Assembly (NCBI GenBank): GCA_965237805.1
Contig: OZ250153.1
Span: 192,001 to 256,000, forward strand
Source: Gammaproteobacteria bacterium
Lineage (GTDB): Bacteria > Pseudomonadota > Gammaproteobacteria > JABABF01
Length of the DNA: 64,000 nucleotides
Reading direction: 5' to 3'
The notes below the pieces were generated by a model, which had not been told where the DNA came from, did no database searches, and was given only the letters and a program-made list of their open reading frames with translations. The position numbers were made by a program, and so were the translations under genes. Shown one piece after another: positions 51,656-60,325 of this stretch; position 1 is the first letter of the stretch, and each line of letters starts with the position of its first letter.

Positions 51656-52411
51656 ATGTCAAAACTTGAGATCACAGTCAAAAATGCCATCGCTACCGTG
51701 GTGATGGAATACAACAAGGTCAACGCACTGGCCATCGCAGAGGTGCTGGAAGTGGCCGCCACATTGGGCGAGGTGGCCAGCCGCGAAGGCGTGCGTGTGG
51801 TGCTGCTCGGCAACCGTGGCAAGGGCTTCTGCGTCGGTGCCAATGTCAAGGAGCTGAACGCCGACCACACACTGATCACCGAGAGCAACCGCGCTTGGTA
51901 CCGATTGTTCGCCGCCGTCTACGACTGCCCGCTACCGCTGATCGCCGTGGTCGATGGCTACTGTATGGGCGGCGGCATCGGCATTATCGGCGCGGCGGAT
52001 ATGGTCTACGCCTCAGCGCGTTCCAGCTTTAGCTTGCCCGAGGTCAAGGTCGGTGCGTTGGGTGGTGCCACCCACCTGATGCGTCTGGTCGGACCGCAGA
52101 AGACGCGCTCGATGATGTACACCGGAGACGCTGTCAGCGCCGATGAATTCGCCCGCTTCGGCGGCATTGAGGCGGTGTTGCCAGAGGAAGAACTGTGGGA
52201 TGCGGCGCGAGCGATGGCCGCGCGCATCGCCGCCAACGATGCCGACGCCGTGCGCTTGGCCAAGGAATCACTAAACGGCATCGATGTCATAGACATCAAG
52301 AAGAGCTACCGCTTTGAGCAAGGTTTTACGCTGGAACTCTACAGCTCGCCGAGCGCGGCGGCAGCCCGTGCCGCCCAAGTCGAGGGCGGTTTTGGCGGCA
52401 AGCGGAGCTGA
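51656..52411 (+). CDS. Enoyl-CoA hydratase/crotonase, EchA20-like
   Basis: VNAL, GGGIG, LPEV..GALGGATHL, AKESLN.ID...SYRFEQGFT.EL. Confidence 0.88.
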   Translation: MSKLEITVKNAIATVVMEYNKVNALAIAEVLEVAATLGEVASREGVRVVLLGNRGKGFCVGANVKELNADHTLITESNRAWYRLFAAVYDCPLPLIAVVDGYCMGGGIGIIGAADMVYASARSSFSLPEVKVGALGGATHLMRLVGPQKTRSMMYTGDAVSADEFARFGGIEAVLPEEELWDAARAMAARIAANDADAVRLAKESLNGIDVIDIKKSYRFEQGFTLELYSSPSAAAARAAQVEGGFGGKRS

Positions 52412-53172
52412 TGCAGATGAGTAGCGGGCAGATGCGCTGTGATTTCAGCGGCAGTCATGCACTGGTCACCGGTGGCACCCGCGGTATCGGCTTCGCGATC
52501 GCCGAGGCTCTCGCCGCCGCCGGTGCAAGCGTGGCGATCACCGGCACCCGTGCCGCTGCGGCGGATTACGACAACGATCTGTCGGCCTTTGAATACCTGC
52601 GTCTGGATGTGCGCGAACGCGAGGCCATCGCCGCCGTCGCCGCGACGCGTCGACGATTGGACATCTTGGTCAACAACGCCGGCACCGTCTTTCCGGGTGG
52701 ACGCGACGAATACGAGGGCGAGGTGTTCGAAGAATCGCTGCGGCTGAATCTCGCCAGCGCTTTTCATCTGAGCAGCGGCTGCCACCAGCTGCTGGCCGCC
52801 TCTGAGCAACCGGGCGGTGCCTCCATCATCAACATCGCCTCGTTGACCTCGTGGTTCGGCTTGCCGATGATTCCTGGCTACGGTGCAGCCAAAGCTGGCT
52901 TGGCGCAGCTAGGCCGCAGCTTGGCCATCGCGTGGGCCGCCGAGGGGGTGCGTGTCAATGCGGTGGCTGCCGGCCTGACCGTCACCGATATGACGGCACC
53001 GATGGTCGAGGATCCGGCAATGCTGGCCCCCTTCCTCAGCCGCACACCGCTGAATCGCACGGCCGAGCCGAGGGAAATCGCCGATGCGGTGATGTTTCTG
53101 TGCAGCGCGGCCGCTGCCTACATCACCGGTCAGACTTTGGTCGTCGACGGCGGCTTCTCCATCTCCGGCTAG
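52411..53172 (+). CDS. Short-chain dehydrogenase/reductase
   Basis: TGGTRGIG, NNAG, S...YGAAK, VRVNAV, ITGQTLVVDGG. Confidence 0.92.
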   Translation: MQMSSGQMRCDFSGSHALVTGGTRGIGFAIAEALAAAGASVAITGTRAAAADYDNDLSAFEYLRLDVREREAIAAVAATRRRLDILVNNAGTVFPGGRDEYEGEVFEESLRLNLASAFHLSSGCHQLLAASEQPGGASIINIASLTSWFGLPMIPGYGAAKAGLAQLGRSLAIAWAAEGVRVNAVAAGLTVTDMTAPMVEDPAMLAPFLSRTPLNRTAEPREIADAVMFLCSAAAAYITGQTLVVDGGFSISG

Positions 53173-53419
53173 GGATTGTCTGGCGCTTAACCCGCAGACC
53201 CACAAAGCGGTTTTTGATGCGCATCATCGCCGTGCCGCTAGCGTATTTATGCACATGTCGCGTCGATGGCTTCATTAGATTGAGCATTTTCTTTCTGCTC
53301 AATCAAAGCAAGTCATCATAACTATATAATCTGCATTGATTTTGCCGCAAAATTCACTTGGCAGTGCTTCATTTTTTAGCAAGCCATTAGCCAGCACCTT
53401 TCTATGTGGTCGTCAGCGT

Positions 53420-53454
53420 TTATACACCGAGTTATCCACAGCTTTTGTGTAAAA
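53420..53454. promoter_or_regulatory. DnaA-box triad (DARS-like)
   Basis: TTATACACC-3nt-TTATCCACA-5nt-TGTGTAAAA; a further TTATGCACA at 53247-53255. Confidence 0.7.
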
Positions 53455-53514
53455 TCCGAGCCCCATCTATGGGGCTCTCTAGACCCCTTGGGTGCAACGC
53501 TCAGCGCGAGGGTC

Positions 53515-53542
53515 TTGCCAACGAGGTGGTAGCGGTTATACT
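53515..53542 (+). promoter_or_regulatory. Putative sigma70 promoter for the structured RNA
   Basis: TTGCCA - 16 nt - TATACT, ending 5 nt before the RNA's closing stem. Confidence 0.5.
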
Positions 53543-53547
53543 TTTGC

Positions 53548-53617
53548 CGACACGGGCTTAAGGGTCGACTCGGCTCCGAGGTGGGTGGTACTCGTAACAC
53601 CGCTCGCCATTGTGCCG
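53548..53617 (+). ncRNA. Candidate structured small RNA (possibly sX9-like)
   Basis: Closing stem CGACACGG/UUGUGCCG, small hairpin CUCG-GCUC-CGAG, and a 10-bp G-U-rich stem GGUGGGUGGU/ACCGCUCGCC with loop ACUCGUAAC. Confidence 0.5.
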
Positions 53618-53749
53618 TCATTGCGAGTGGTGCCACCCGGCGGACACACAATGCGGTATAATGCCTTGGACATTTGGGTTTGGCTTCATCTTCAGAACAA
53701 TCCGACCCGAATCACAAACCGCAATCAATCGTTATATCAGGAGCCAGCA

Positions 53750-54952
53750 ATGAGCATAAATTGGAGCCATTGGAAAAACATTTGGGGACTACCCGCTCTG
53801 GCGTTGCTGTGCGCCCTGGTCGGTACACCTGTCGCCTCACAAGCTGCAGACATCGATCTCATCGGTCGCCTACAGCTCGATTTTGAGGCTTATTCTGGTG
53901 GTTTTGGTGATGGTGCCGAAAAGACCAATCTCGATTTTTTTGATCGCAGATTAAGACTCGGCGCCGAGGGGGAGATCGATGAGAACTGGTCTTTCCGCTT
54001 TGAGATCGATGTCCGGGACAATGGCTCTGAGGATGTACACGAAGCGTATATCACGTACAACGGCCTTGGCGACTTGCTCGGCTTTGGCAATCTCAGCCTC
54101 AGCTTGGGTAAACGGCAAGCGCCTTTCGGTTTGCAGTCGCAGGTTTCCAGCAATGACACACCGGTACTCGAGCGCAGCCCGTCCGCCAATGCTTTCGACA
54201 GTGCGGAGCTTTATGGTTTGCGTATTGATGGTTACGGCAACAACCACAGCTATGCCATAGGCATCTACGAAGGCCCGATCAGCGGCAGTGGCGATTTCAA
54301 CGCCTCCTTCTTCGCGCGCGGTGTCATCACCCCGATCAACTCGGACAACCGCTTGTTGCACCTCGGCTTATCCTACGCCCATCACGAAGCCATCGGCTTG
54401 GCCAATCCCAAGTCGGGACAAATCTATGCTGCCAGAGCCATCGGCAGCAACCTTCTGAACGCCACTGTCGCGGGCTCCTCGCCAGCGAGCACGATCGATG
54501 AGGCGCAGACGGTCAGCGCGGATCAAATCAGCTTGGAAGTAGCCTTTGTGGCCGACAGCCTCTATCTGCAGGGCGAATACTTCCACAGCAAATACGATGG
54601 TTTGGATGGCTACACCGGGCACGATCGCGACGAGGCAAATGCGCTCTATGTGCAGTTCGGTCTGTTCCTGACTGGAGAGACCCGCTCCTATGACAACAAA
54701 ACCGGCATCTTTGGCAGTGTGACACCCAACGGTAGCAACGGTGCGTTGGAAGGGTACATCCAATACAGCCACTTAGATTTGGGCACAGACTTGAAGCAAG
54801 AATACGAAGTCGATACCGTCAGCGCTGGGCTCAACTGGTATGCCAACGAGCGCGTGCGGATCGGCGCAGCCTTTATCATCGGCATCGGCGACAACAAGCA
54901 GCTGGACTATGTCGGTCGTGGCTTCAAGGCTCGTGCGCAGATCGCCTTCTGA
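53750..54952 (+). CDS. OprO/OprP-family anion-selective porin
   Basis: AGGAG RBS, signal peptide (..ASQA), GRLQLD, RRLRLG, LERS, LQGEY, GLNWY, terminal Phe. Confidence 0.88.
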   Translation: MSINWSHWKNIWGLPALALLCALVGTPVASQAADIDLIGRLQLDFEAYSGGFGDGAEKTNLDFFDRRLRLGAEGEIDENWSFRFEIDVRDNGSEDVHEAYITYNGLGDLLGFGNLSLSLGKRQAPFGLQSQVSSNDTPVLERSPSANAFDSAELYGLRIDGYGNNHSYAIGIYEGPISGSGDFNASFFARGVITPINSDNRLLHLGLSYAHHEAIGLANPKSGQIYAARAIGSNLLNATVAGSSPASTIDEAQTVSADQISLEVAFVADSLYLQGEYFHSKYDGLDGYTGHDRDEANALYVQFGLFLTGETRSYDNKTGIFGSVTPNGSNGALEGYIQYSHLDLGTDLKQEYEVDTVSAGLNWYANERVRIGAAFIIGIGDNKQLDYVGRGFKARAQIAF

Positions 54953-55048
54953 TTGTCCAACGACACAGTAGTCTCAACAGGCGAGGCGGGCCGCCGAGGC
55001 AATCACGGCAGCCGCCTCGCGTCTTGAAGCGAGAGCGATATGGCTGAG

Positions 55049-55084
55049 GCCCCCGATGCTCCCCAGCGCATCGGGGGCTTTTTT
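55049..55084 (+). terminator. Intrinsic terminator of the porin transcript
   Basis: 11-bp stem GCCCCCGATGC/GCATCGGGGGC, 8-nt loop, TTTTTT. Confidence 0.85.
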
Positions 55085-55576
55085 GTGGCTCTCCCCGATG
55101 GGTCGAGTCTGTGGGCATTGGCATTACTGCTGAGTGGTGCGCTGGCAGTTCCCAGCGCGATCGTGGCTCAGTCCTCAGCTGAGCGCCAGTCGCTAGTGAG
55201 CAGCGCTGCGAGCCTGCCGCGCAAGCCCTCCCCCGACGGCGCGGCGGTTTATTTGATCTCGCCTCGAGCTGGCGAAGTGGTGGGGCAGACTTTCACGGCA
55301 GTGTTTGGCCTGCGCGGTATGGGGGTGGCACCGGCAGGCAGTCAGCGCCTCGGCACAGGGCACCATCACTTGCTGCTGAACTATCCGGGCACTCCGCTGC
55401 TGACTCAGCCCCTGCCGAGTGGCAAAACGCTGCGCCACTTTGGTGGCGGACAGACGGAGGTCGTGCTGAACTTGCCGCCCGGACGCCACCAGCTGCGTCT
55501 GCTATTTGCCGACGGCATCCATCTGCCGCACGATCCGCCCCTGCTGTCCGCCCCGGTGCATATCACGGTGCGTTGA
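55085..55576 (+). CDS. DUF4399 domain secreted protein
   Basis: VYLISP..G, FGL.GMGVAPAG, TGHHHLL, HFGGGQTE, L.PG.H.L.L. Start uncertain (55040, 55085 or 55118). Confidence 0.85.
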   Translation: MALPDGSSLWALALLLSGALAVPSAIVAQSSAERQSLVSSAASLPRKPSPDGAAVYLISPRAGEVVGQTFTAVFGLRGMGVAPAGSQRLGTGHHHLLLNYPGTPLLTQPLPSGKTLRHFGGGQTEVVLNLPPGRHQLRLLFADGIHLPHDPPLLSAPVHITVR

Positions 55577-55656
55577 GCCCCCCCTACCCCAGCCCCCACC
55601 ATGGCCGCTGCTCGAAAATTGTGGTCGATGCGCGCCGCGATGGACACGAGTGCCAG

Positions 55657-56193
55657 CTAAGCCGAGCCCCCTGCACCGTCATCGCCGCGCGCACTACTCC
55701 GATAGAAGCGCAACAGACGCCGCAGCAATTTGTCTTGCTGGCCACCCATCAGTGCCGCCAGCGGACGCGCCATGAAAGCCAGCCACGGACGGCAACGAAA
55801 ATACAGCGTCAGGCGGACGCGGCAACAGCGATCATCGCCATCGCCAGCAGGCAACAGCTGGTAGCGAAACCACAGCGCAGAGCATAGCGCCAGTGGCGAG
55901 CGGCCATCTTCATGAGCCACGCTGAGCAGAAAATCGCTCTGCTCGCGCCACTCGAGCACGGTCTCCACCAGCCAGCGCTGTTCGCGTTGGTAGACACGCC
56001 GACTCGCTCCGAGCCCGCTGCTCGGCTCGCCGAGGATCTCGGTAGCGACCGAGCCGGGCACATAGTGGTGCGAGAGCGACAGATCACGCATCAAAGCCCA
56101 AGCGCGCGGCAGGGACATCGCCAGCTCCGCTTCGCGCACCACCGCCGTGGCAGCAGACAGATCGACTGCTGTGCCAGGTTGCTCAGCTGCCAT
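55657..56193 (-). CDS. SRPBCC/polyketide cyclase-like protein
   Basis: AWALMRDLS..HHYVPG, G.GASRRV, ETVLEW; overlaps the stop of the upstream KAS gene. Confidence 0.75.
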   Translation of the reverse strand: MAAEQPGTAVDLSAATAVVREAELAMSLPRAWALMRDLSLSHHYVPGSVATEILGEPSSGLGASRRVYQREQRWLVETVLEWREQSDFLLSVAHEDGRSPLALCSALWFRYQLLPAGDGDDRCCRVRLTLYFRCRPWLAFMARPLAALMGGQQDKLLRRLLRFYRSSARGDDGAGGSA

Positions 56194-58099
56194 CACTTGC
56201 TCCTGTGATGGTCTGCGCAGAGCCGCCGTCAGCGCACTCATCCAAATAGGGGTTGGGCACAGTGAGACAGAGCGGCTGCTCCCATCCCGGCACGCGCAAC
56301 TCCCCATCTCTGAGCTGCAGCTCGGCACCCGCCAGCACACCCTCGCCATAGCGATAGCTGGGACGCAGCTCAGCGCGACTGCTGGCCGCATCGTAGTCCG
56401 CCGCCCGCACCGCCACCGCTTCGCGCCGCCGCCGCCATGCCGCCAGCGCCCGCCGACCGTGGCGCGCAGCGAGTAAATCCTCGGTGCGCTGTGGCGACAG
56501 CAGCACTGCACTGGCGTTGTTACCGCCGAAGCCCTTGGCATTGATCAGAGCCACCGAAGCCTGTTCCGGTGCCAGCTCGGTGTGCTCGGTCGCCAGCTGC
56601 AGCTGCTTGTGGCTGACATCTTCGGCCAGCGCGGAGATCGTCGAGATGCCGGGCAGCAGCCCCTCACTCCACACGCCGAGCGCGGCCATCAGCTGATCTC
56701 CGCCAGCGGCACCGATGGAATGGCCGAGATAGCATTTGACCGCCGCCACAGGCCAGTCCTTGATCCCGAAGTGCTGCGCCGCCCAGTCCAAGACCTGCGA
56801 CTCGGTCACGCGGTTCTGTGGTGTGCCAGTGCCGTGCGCCATCACGAATGAGCCGTGCCGCAGCGCCCGCTCGCCGACCACGGCCCGCGCCAGCCCCAAG
56901 GCTCGCGCCATGCTGAGATAATTGCCCGCGCCGGGTGCGGAGATGGATTGCTTGGGGCCATCGGCATTGACGCAGACACCGGCCACTGCGCCGTGCGCTA
57001 CCGCCCCGGTCTGCAAGGCCAACTCGCTGTCGAAGAGGATCAAGAACTGCGCCGACTCGGCGATGGTAAAACCACAGTTGTCACCGAATGGACGACAGGC
57101 GCGCACATAATCGGGAGCCTGATCGGCGGGGATCCCGTCCAAGGCGCGCAGCTGGTCGTCGGTGCCCAAGGCACCCATCGCCGCGTAGCCAGCGATCACC
57201 TCTGGCACCACTGGCGCTTCGCTACAACCGACGATCGCGACACGTGCTTGGCCGGATTGGATGTCCGACACCGCGCAGCGCAGGTTGTAGAGGAACGAGG
57301 CGCAAGCGCCGAGCATCGCACCGCTCTGGCCCATGCTGCCGAGCAAATAGGCATTGATAAAATCGGCGGGCATCTCGCCAAAGCTGAAAGGACATTGGCG
57401 TGCGGAATGGCGCTGGCCGTGCAGATTGGCTCTCAGCATGCCGCCGCAACCCTCATCGTCCAGCTGACCCATGCCGCTGCCAGCGTAGACCGAGACGGCA
57501 TCGGGCGGCACCATGCGGCGCAACAGCTCCCAGTCCAAGCCGAGGAAGCCAAGGGCATCCGAAGCGCCGTAGATGGTCATCTGCAGACCTCGGGGATGAC
57601 CCCGCGACGGGTAGAGTGCAGCCGGGTCGAAGCCCGATGGAAGTTGCCCGGCGGCCTGCACTGCGCCCGCTTGAGTGCCCGGCAACAGACAACCGGTCGC
57701 ACTGTCGATACGCACGCTGGAATGGCTGTCATCGCCGTGCTCGACGAGCTGCCAGTGGGGTGGCAAGGGCGTGGGCAGCCGCGCTGTGGGCAGGCGGAAC
57801 AGGTTGCCAGCCGCCGACTCCAGCGGGCGTTGCAGCGGCAGCGCCATCGGGTCATAGCGCTCAATACGCCGTACCAAGCTGTGCGCCGCCAGCCATCGAT
57901 GCTGCTCCGGAGTGTCGGCCTCGCGCCCACACAGCGCCCCCAAGCTGCGCCAAGTTGCAGCTGCCGACGCGGCGGACAGGGCATCGATCACCAAGCGGCG
58001 GTAGCCGTGATGAGCAGAACTGCGTCCGGCGGGACTGATCCCGCCAAAACTGACAACCACCGGCAAATTCAACACGGCAACGCCACTTCGTTCTCGCAA
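56183..58099 (-). CDS. FabY-like beta-ketoacyl synthase (KAS I/II fold)
   Basis: LPVVVSFGGISPAGRSS.HH, HPRGLQM, GACASFLYNL, AHGTGTPQNR, YLGHS, KGFGGNNA. Start may be GTG 58075. Confidence 0.9.
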   Translation of the reverse strand: MRERSGVAVLNLPVVVSFGGISPAGRSSAHHGYRRLVIDALSAASAAATWRSLGALCGREADTPEQHRWLAAHSLVRRIERYDPMALPLQRPLESAAGNLFRLPTARLPTPLPPHWQLVEHGDDSHSSVRIDSATGCLLPGTQAGAVQAAGQLPSGFDPAALYPSRGHPRGLQMTIYGASDALGFLGLDWELLRRMVPPDAVSVYAGSGMGQLDDEGCGGMLRANLHGQRHSARQCPFSFGEMPADFINAYLLGSMGQSGAMLGACASFLYNLRCAVSDIQSGQARVAIVGCSEAPVVPEVIAGYAAMGALGTDDQLRALDGIPADQAPDYVRACRPFGDNCGFTIAESAQFLILFDSELALQTGAVAHGAVAGVCVNADGPKQSISAPGAGNYLSMARALGLARAVVGERALRHGSFVMAHGTGTPQNRVTESQVLDWAAQHFGIKDWPVAAVKCYLGHSIGAAGGDQLMAALGVWSEGLLPGISTISALAEDVSHKQLQLATEHTELAPEQASVALINAKGFGGNNASAVLLSPQRTEDLLAARHGRRALAAWRRRREAVAVRAADYDAASSRAELRPSYRYGEGVLAGAELQLRDGELRVPGWEQPLCLTVPNPYLDECADGGSAQTITGASDGS

Positions 58100-58192
58100 T
58101 CCTGTGCCATGGCAGAGATTCTAAGCGACACCCACAGCAATCAGCGCTATTTTTTCATCATATACAGACAAAACATTATATAATCACGACAT

Positions 58193-59236
58193 ATGCAAAT
58201 AGCCTTTCTGCTACTCGAGCGCATGCTATGCTCTGGCTGCTGGCTGCCGGCGGAGATCTTCAACGCCGCCGCGCAGCACCACCGCTCGCGACCGGGGCAT
58301 CGCCGCGAGCTGGCGCCGCAGCTGCTATTCGCATCCGTGGACGGCGAGGCCGTCAATACGGCCAGCGGGATGCCGCTGGCGGCGAACTGCAAGTTCTCAG
58401 AACTACGCCAACCAGACATTTTGCTATTGCCAGCGCTATGGCGCGACCCGATACCGGTGCTGCGCAACCATGCTGAGATCATCGCCGCAACACTACAGCG
58501 CATCGGCAATGGGCCGACACTGCTGATCGCTGTCGGTGCCGGTAGTTTTTTGCTGGCCGAGTCCGGCCTGTTGGACGGTCTGCCAGCCACCACCCACTGG
58601 CACCACTTCGACGCTTTCGAGAAGCGCTATCCGAAGGTGCAGCTGCGGCGGCGCTATCTGCTGACCCAAGCCCGGCAGATGTACTGCGCTGGCAGCATCA
58701 ACGCGGTGGCCGATCTCAGCGTCCACTTGGCAAAGCAGCACTACGGCCAGCGCAGCGGCCAGTTTGCCGAGCGCCATTTTTCACCGGAGAGCAGACGCTC
58801 CTTCGATAGCCAGGCCTATCTCTACGAGAGCCATGACAGTCACCATGACGAGGATATTGCCCAAGTCCAAGATTGGCTGGGTCGCGACCCGGGCCGCCAC
58901 TGGCAGATGGCGCAATTGGCGCAAGGCACCGGGCTGGGAGTGCGGCAATTCCAGCGCCGTTTCCAGCAAGCCACCGGCACCACGCCGCACCGTTATCTGT
59001 GGCACCAGCGCCTTGAGTTGAGTTGCGAGTTGCTGCGCGAGAGCAACTATTCGATGCGCGAGATCGCCAGCCGTTGTGGCTGCGCCAGTGCGGCTCATTT
59101 CAACCGCCGCTTCCGGCTCGCCAAGGGCTTGCCGCCAGCGAGCTACCGCCGCCTCATGCGCGGCAAATTATTCTCTGCCAAGCCCGCTGCATCATCCCAA
59201 AGCCAAGCGCCGCGCCGCGCGCGGGCGATGGGCTAG
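58193..59236 (+). CDS. GlxA/FtrA-type AraC regulator (DJ-1-like domain plus HTH)
   Basis: LLAESGLLDG..ATTHW, RRF.QATG.TP..Y, IASRCG...HFNRRFR..GLPP..YR. Confidence 0.92.
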   Translation: MQIAFLLLERMLCSGCWLPAEIFNAAAQHHRSRPGHRRELAPQLLFASVDGEAVNTASGMPLAANCKFSELRQPDILLLPALWRDPIPVLRNHAEIIAATLQRIGNGPTLLIAVGAGSFLLAESGLLDGLPATTHWHHFDAFEKRYPKVQLRRRYLLTQARQMYCAGSINAVADLSVHLAKQHYGQRSGQFAERHFSPESRRSFDSQAYLYESHDSHHDEDIAQVQDWLGRDPGRHWQMAQLAQGTGLGVRQFQRRFQQATGTTPHRYLWHQRLELSCELLRESNYSMREIASRCGCASAAHFNRRFRLAKGLPPASYRRLMRGKLFSAKPAASSQSQAPRRARAMG

Positions 59237-59250
59237 CGCCACAGCGCCCG

Positions 59251-59685
59251 TTAGATGCCCAGCTGCTGCCAGAGGGCGCGCAGCACCATCACCAACAGGA
59301 CCAAGCAGGACAGCGCATGTAAGGAGAAACGGTGCATGACATTGTTGTAGCTACAGTGCACTGCGCTGTGCGCATAGCGGGCGACGACAAATAGCCAAGC
59401 CAAGCCGACATAGAGACCATCGACCGTCTGCCCCAAATAGAGCATAAAAACCAGCGCGTAGAACAGCACCGGCACTTCCGTCAGATTGAGAAAATTGTCG
59501 CTGACGGCCTGCGTGCGGGTGTCGAGCAAGGGGTCGACCGCCGATCTGACATTCAATTTCGTGCCAGCTGGCGGCGGGTTTTTGCTGATATAGCTGACCC
59601 TCTGTGCCGTCATCATCACATAGACCACCATGCTCAGCACCAGCAAAGCCAGTACCGGTTCCAATATCGCCATCTGTTCCATCAT
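59251..59685 (-). CDS. MAPEG family membrane protein
   Basis: SDNFLNLTEVPVLFYAL, AWLFVVARYAHS.VH..YNNVMHRF. Confidence 0.88.
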   Translation of the reverse strand: MMEQMAILEPVLALLVLSMVVYVMMTAQRVSYISKNPPPAGTKLNVRSAVDPLLDTRTQAVSDNFLNLTEVPVLFYALVFMLYLGQTVDGLYVGLAWLFVVARYAHSAVHCSYNNVMHRFSLHALSCLVLLVMVLRALWQQLGI

Positions 59686-59830
59686 TCACTCTCATTTTCG
59701 CTCTGTTTGAGCCAATGGCACCATCCTAGCACAAGCGCCCGACAAGGTCGTCGACCCCCGGCTCACTCCAAGCCTGAGCATCGTCTGACGAGGCGCCAAA
59801 ATCAGCCCGAGCTGCAGCGCCATCGTTGCG

Positions 59831-60325
59831 ATGAGCGGGGCTCCACCTACCGAGACCATGTTGCGCCCCTGCCCGAGCTGCGAGGCCAGCTATGGCCTCG
59901 CAGTCGAAGTCGAGCGCGCCCGCAACGAGGTGCTGGCCAGCCACGGTGATGAGGAGAATCACCGTAGCCGCGGCTATGTCTGCGCCAAATCCCAAGTCTT
60001 GCACCATCTGCAGCGCGCTCGGGAACGCCTGCGCCGACGCGGCAAAAAATGGGAGGAGATTGGCTGGCAAGAAGCCTTTCAGTGGTCGGGCAACGGCGTG
60101 CCGAACTGCGCCAGCAGCACGGCAAGGACAATATCGCGCTCTATGTCGGCAACCCCACCGGGCACGAGGTCGGCGTGCAGCTGTACATGCAAGCGCTCAT
60201 CGGCATGCTCGACACCGAGCAATTTGGAGCTGTCGTCCAACAGCAGTGTGTTGAACGGCGCGCGTATCACGGTCACAGCGGCCAGCGGCGCCCGGCCCCG
60301 CCACTTGGGCTTGGGCCCCGCTTAG
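59831..60325 (+). pseudogene. Remnant of a molybdopterin oxidoreductase (frameshift plus large internal deletion)
   Basis: CPSCEASYGL...GD...SRGYVCAK...WEEIGWQEAF, then HGKDNIALYVGNP in another frame, then a C-terminus-like S.NSSVLNG. Confidence 0.75.

Noticed and set aside
53311-53338. Possible dif site (AGTCATCATAA-CTATAT-AATCTGCATTG)
   Set aside because: Only 8/11 match to the XerD arm and no XerC arm.
53173-53749. Firm oriC call
   Set aside because: No dnaA, dnaN, rpmH or gidA nearby, few boxes, and no clear 13-mer repeats or GATC cluster. Kept only as an alternative to the DARS-like reading.
53492-53749. 86-codon N-terminal extension of the porin ORF
   Set aside because: It overlaps the promoter and RNA candidate. 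ATG 53750 has an AGGAG RBS and is followed by a signal peptide.
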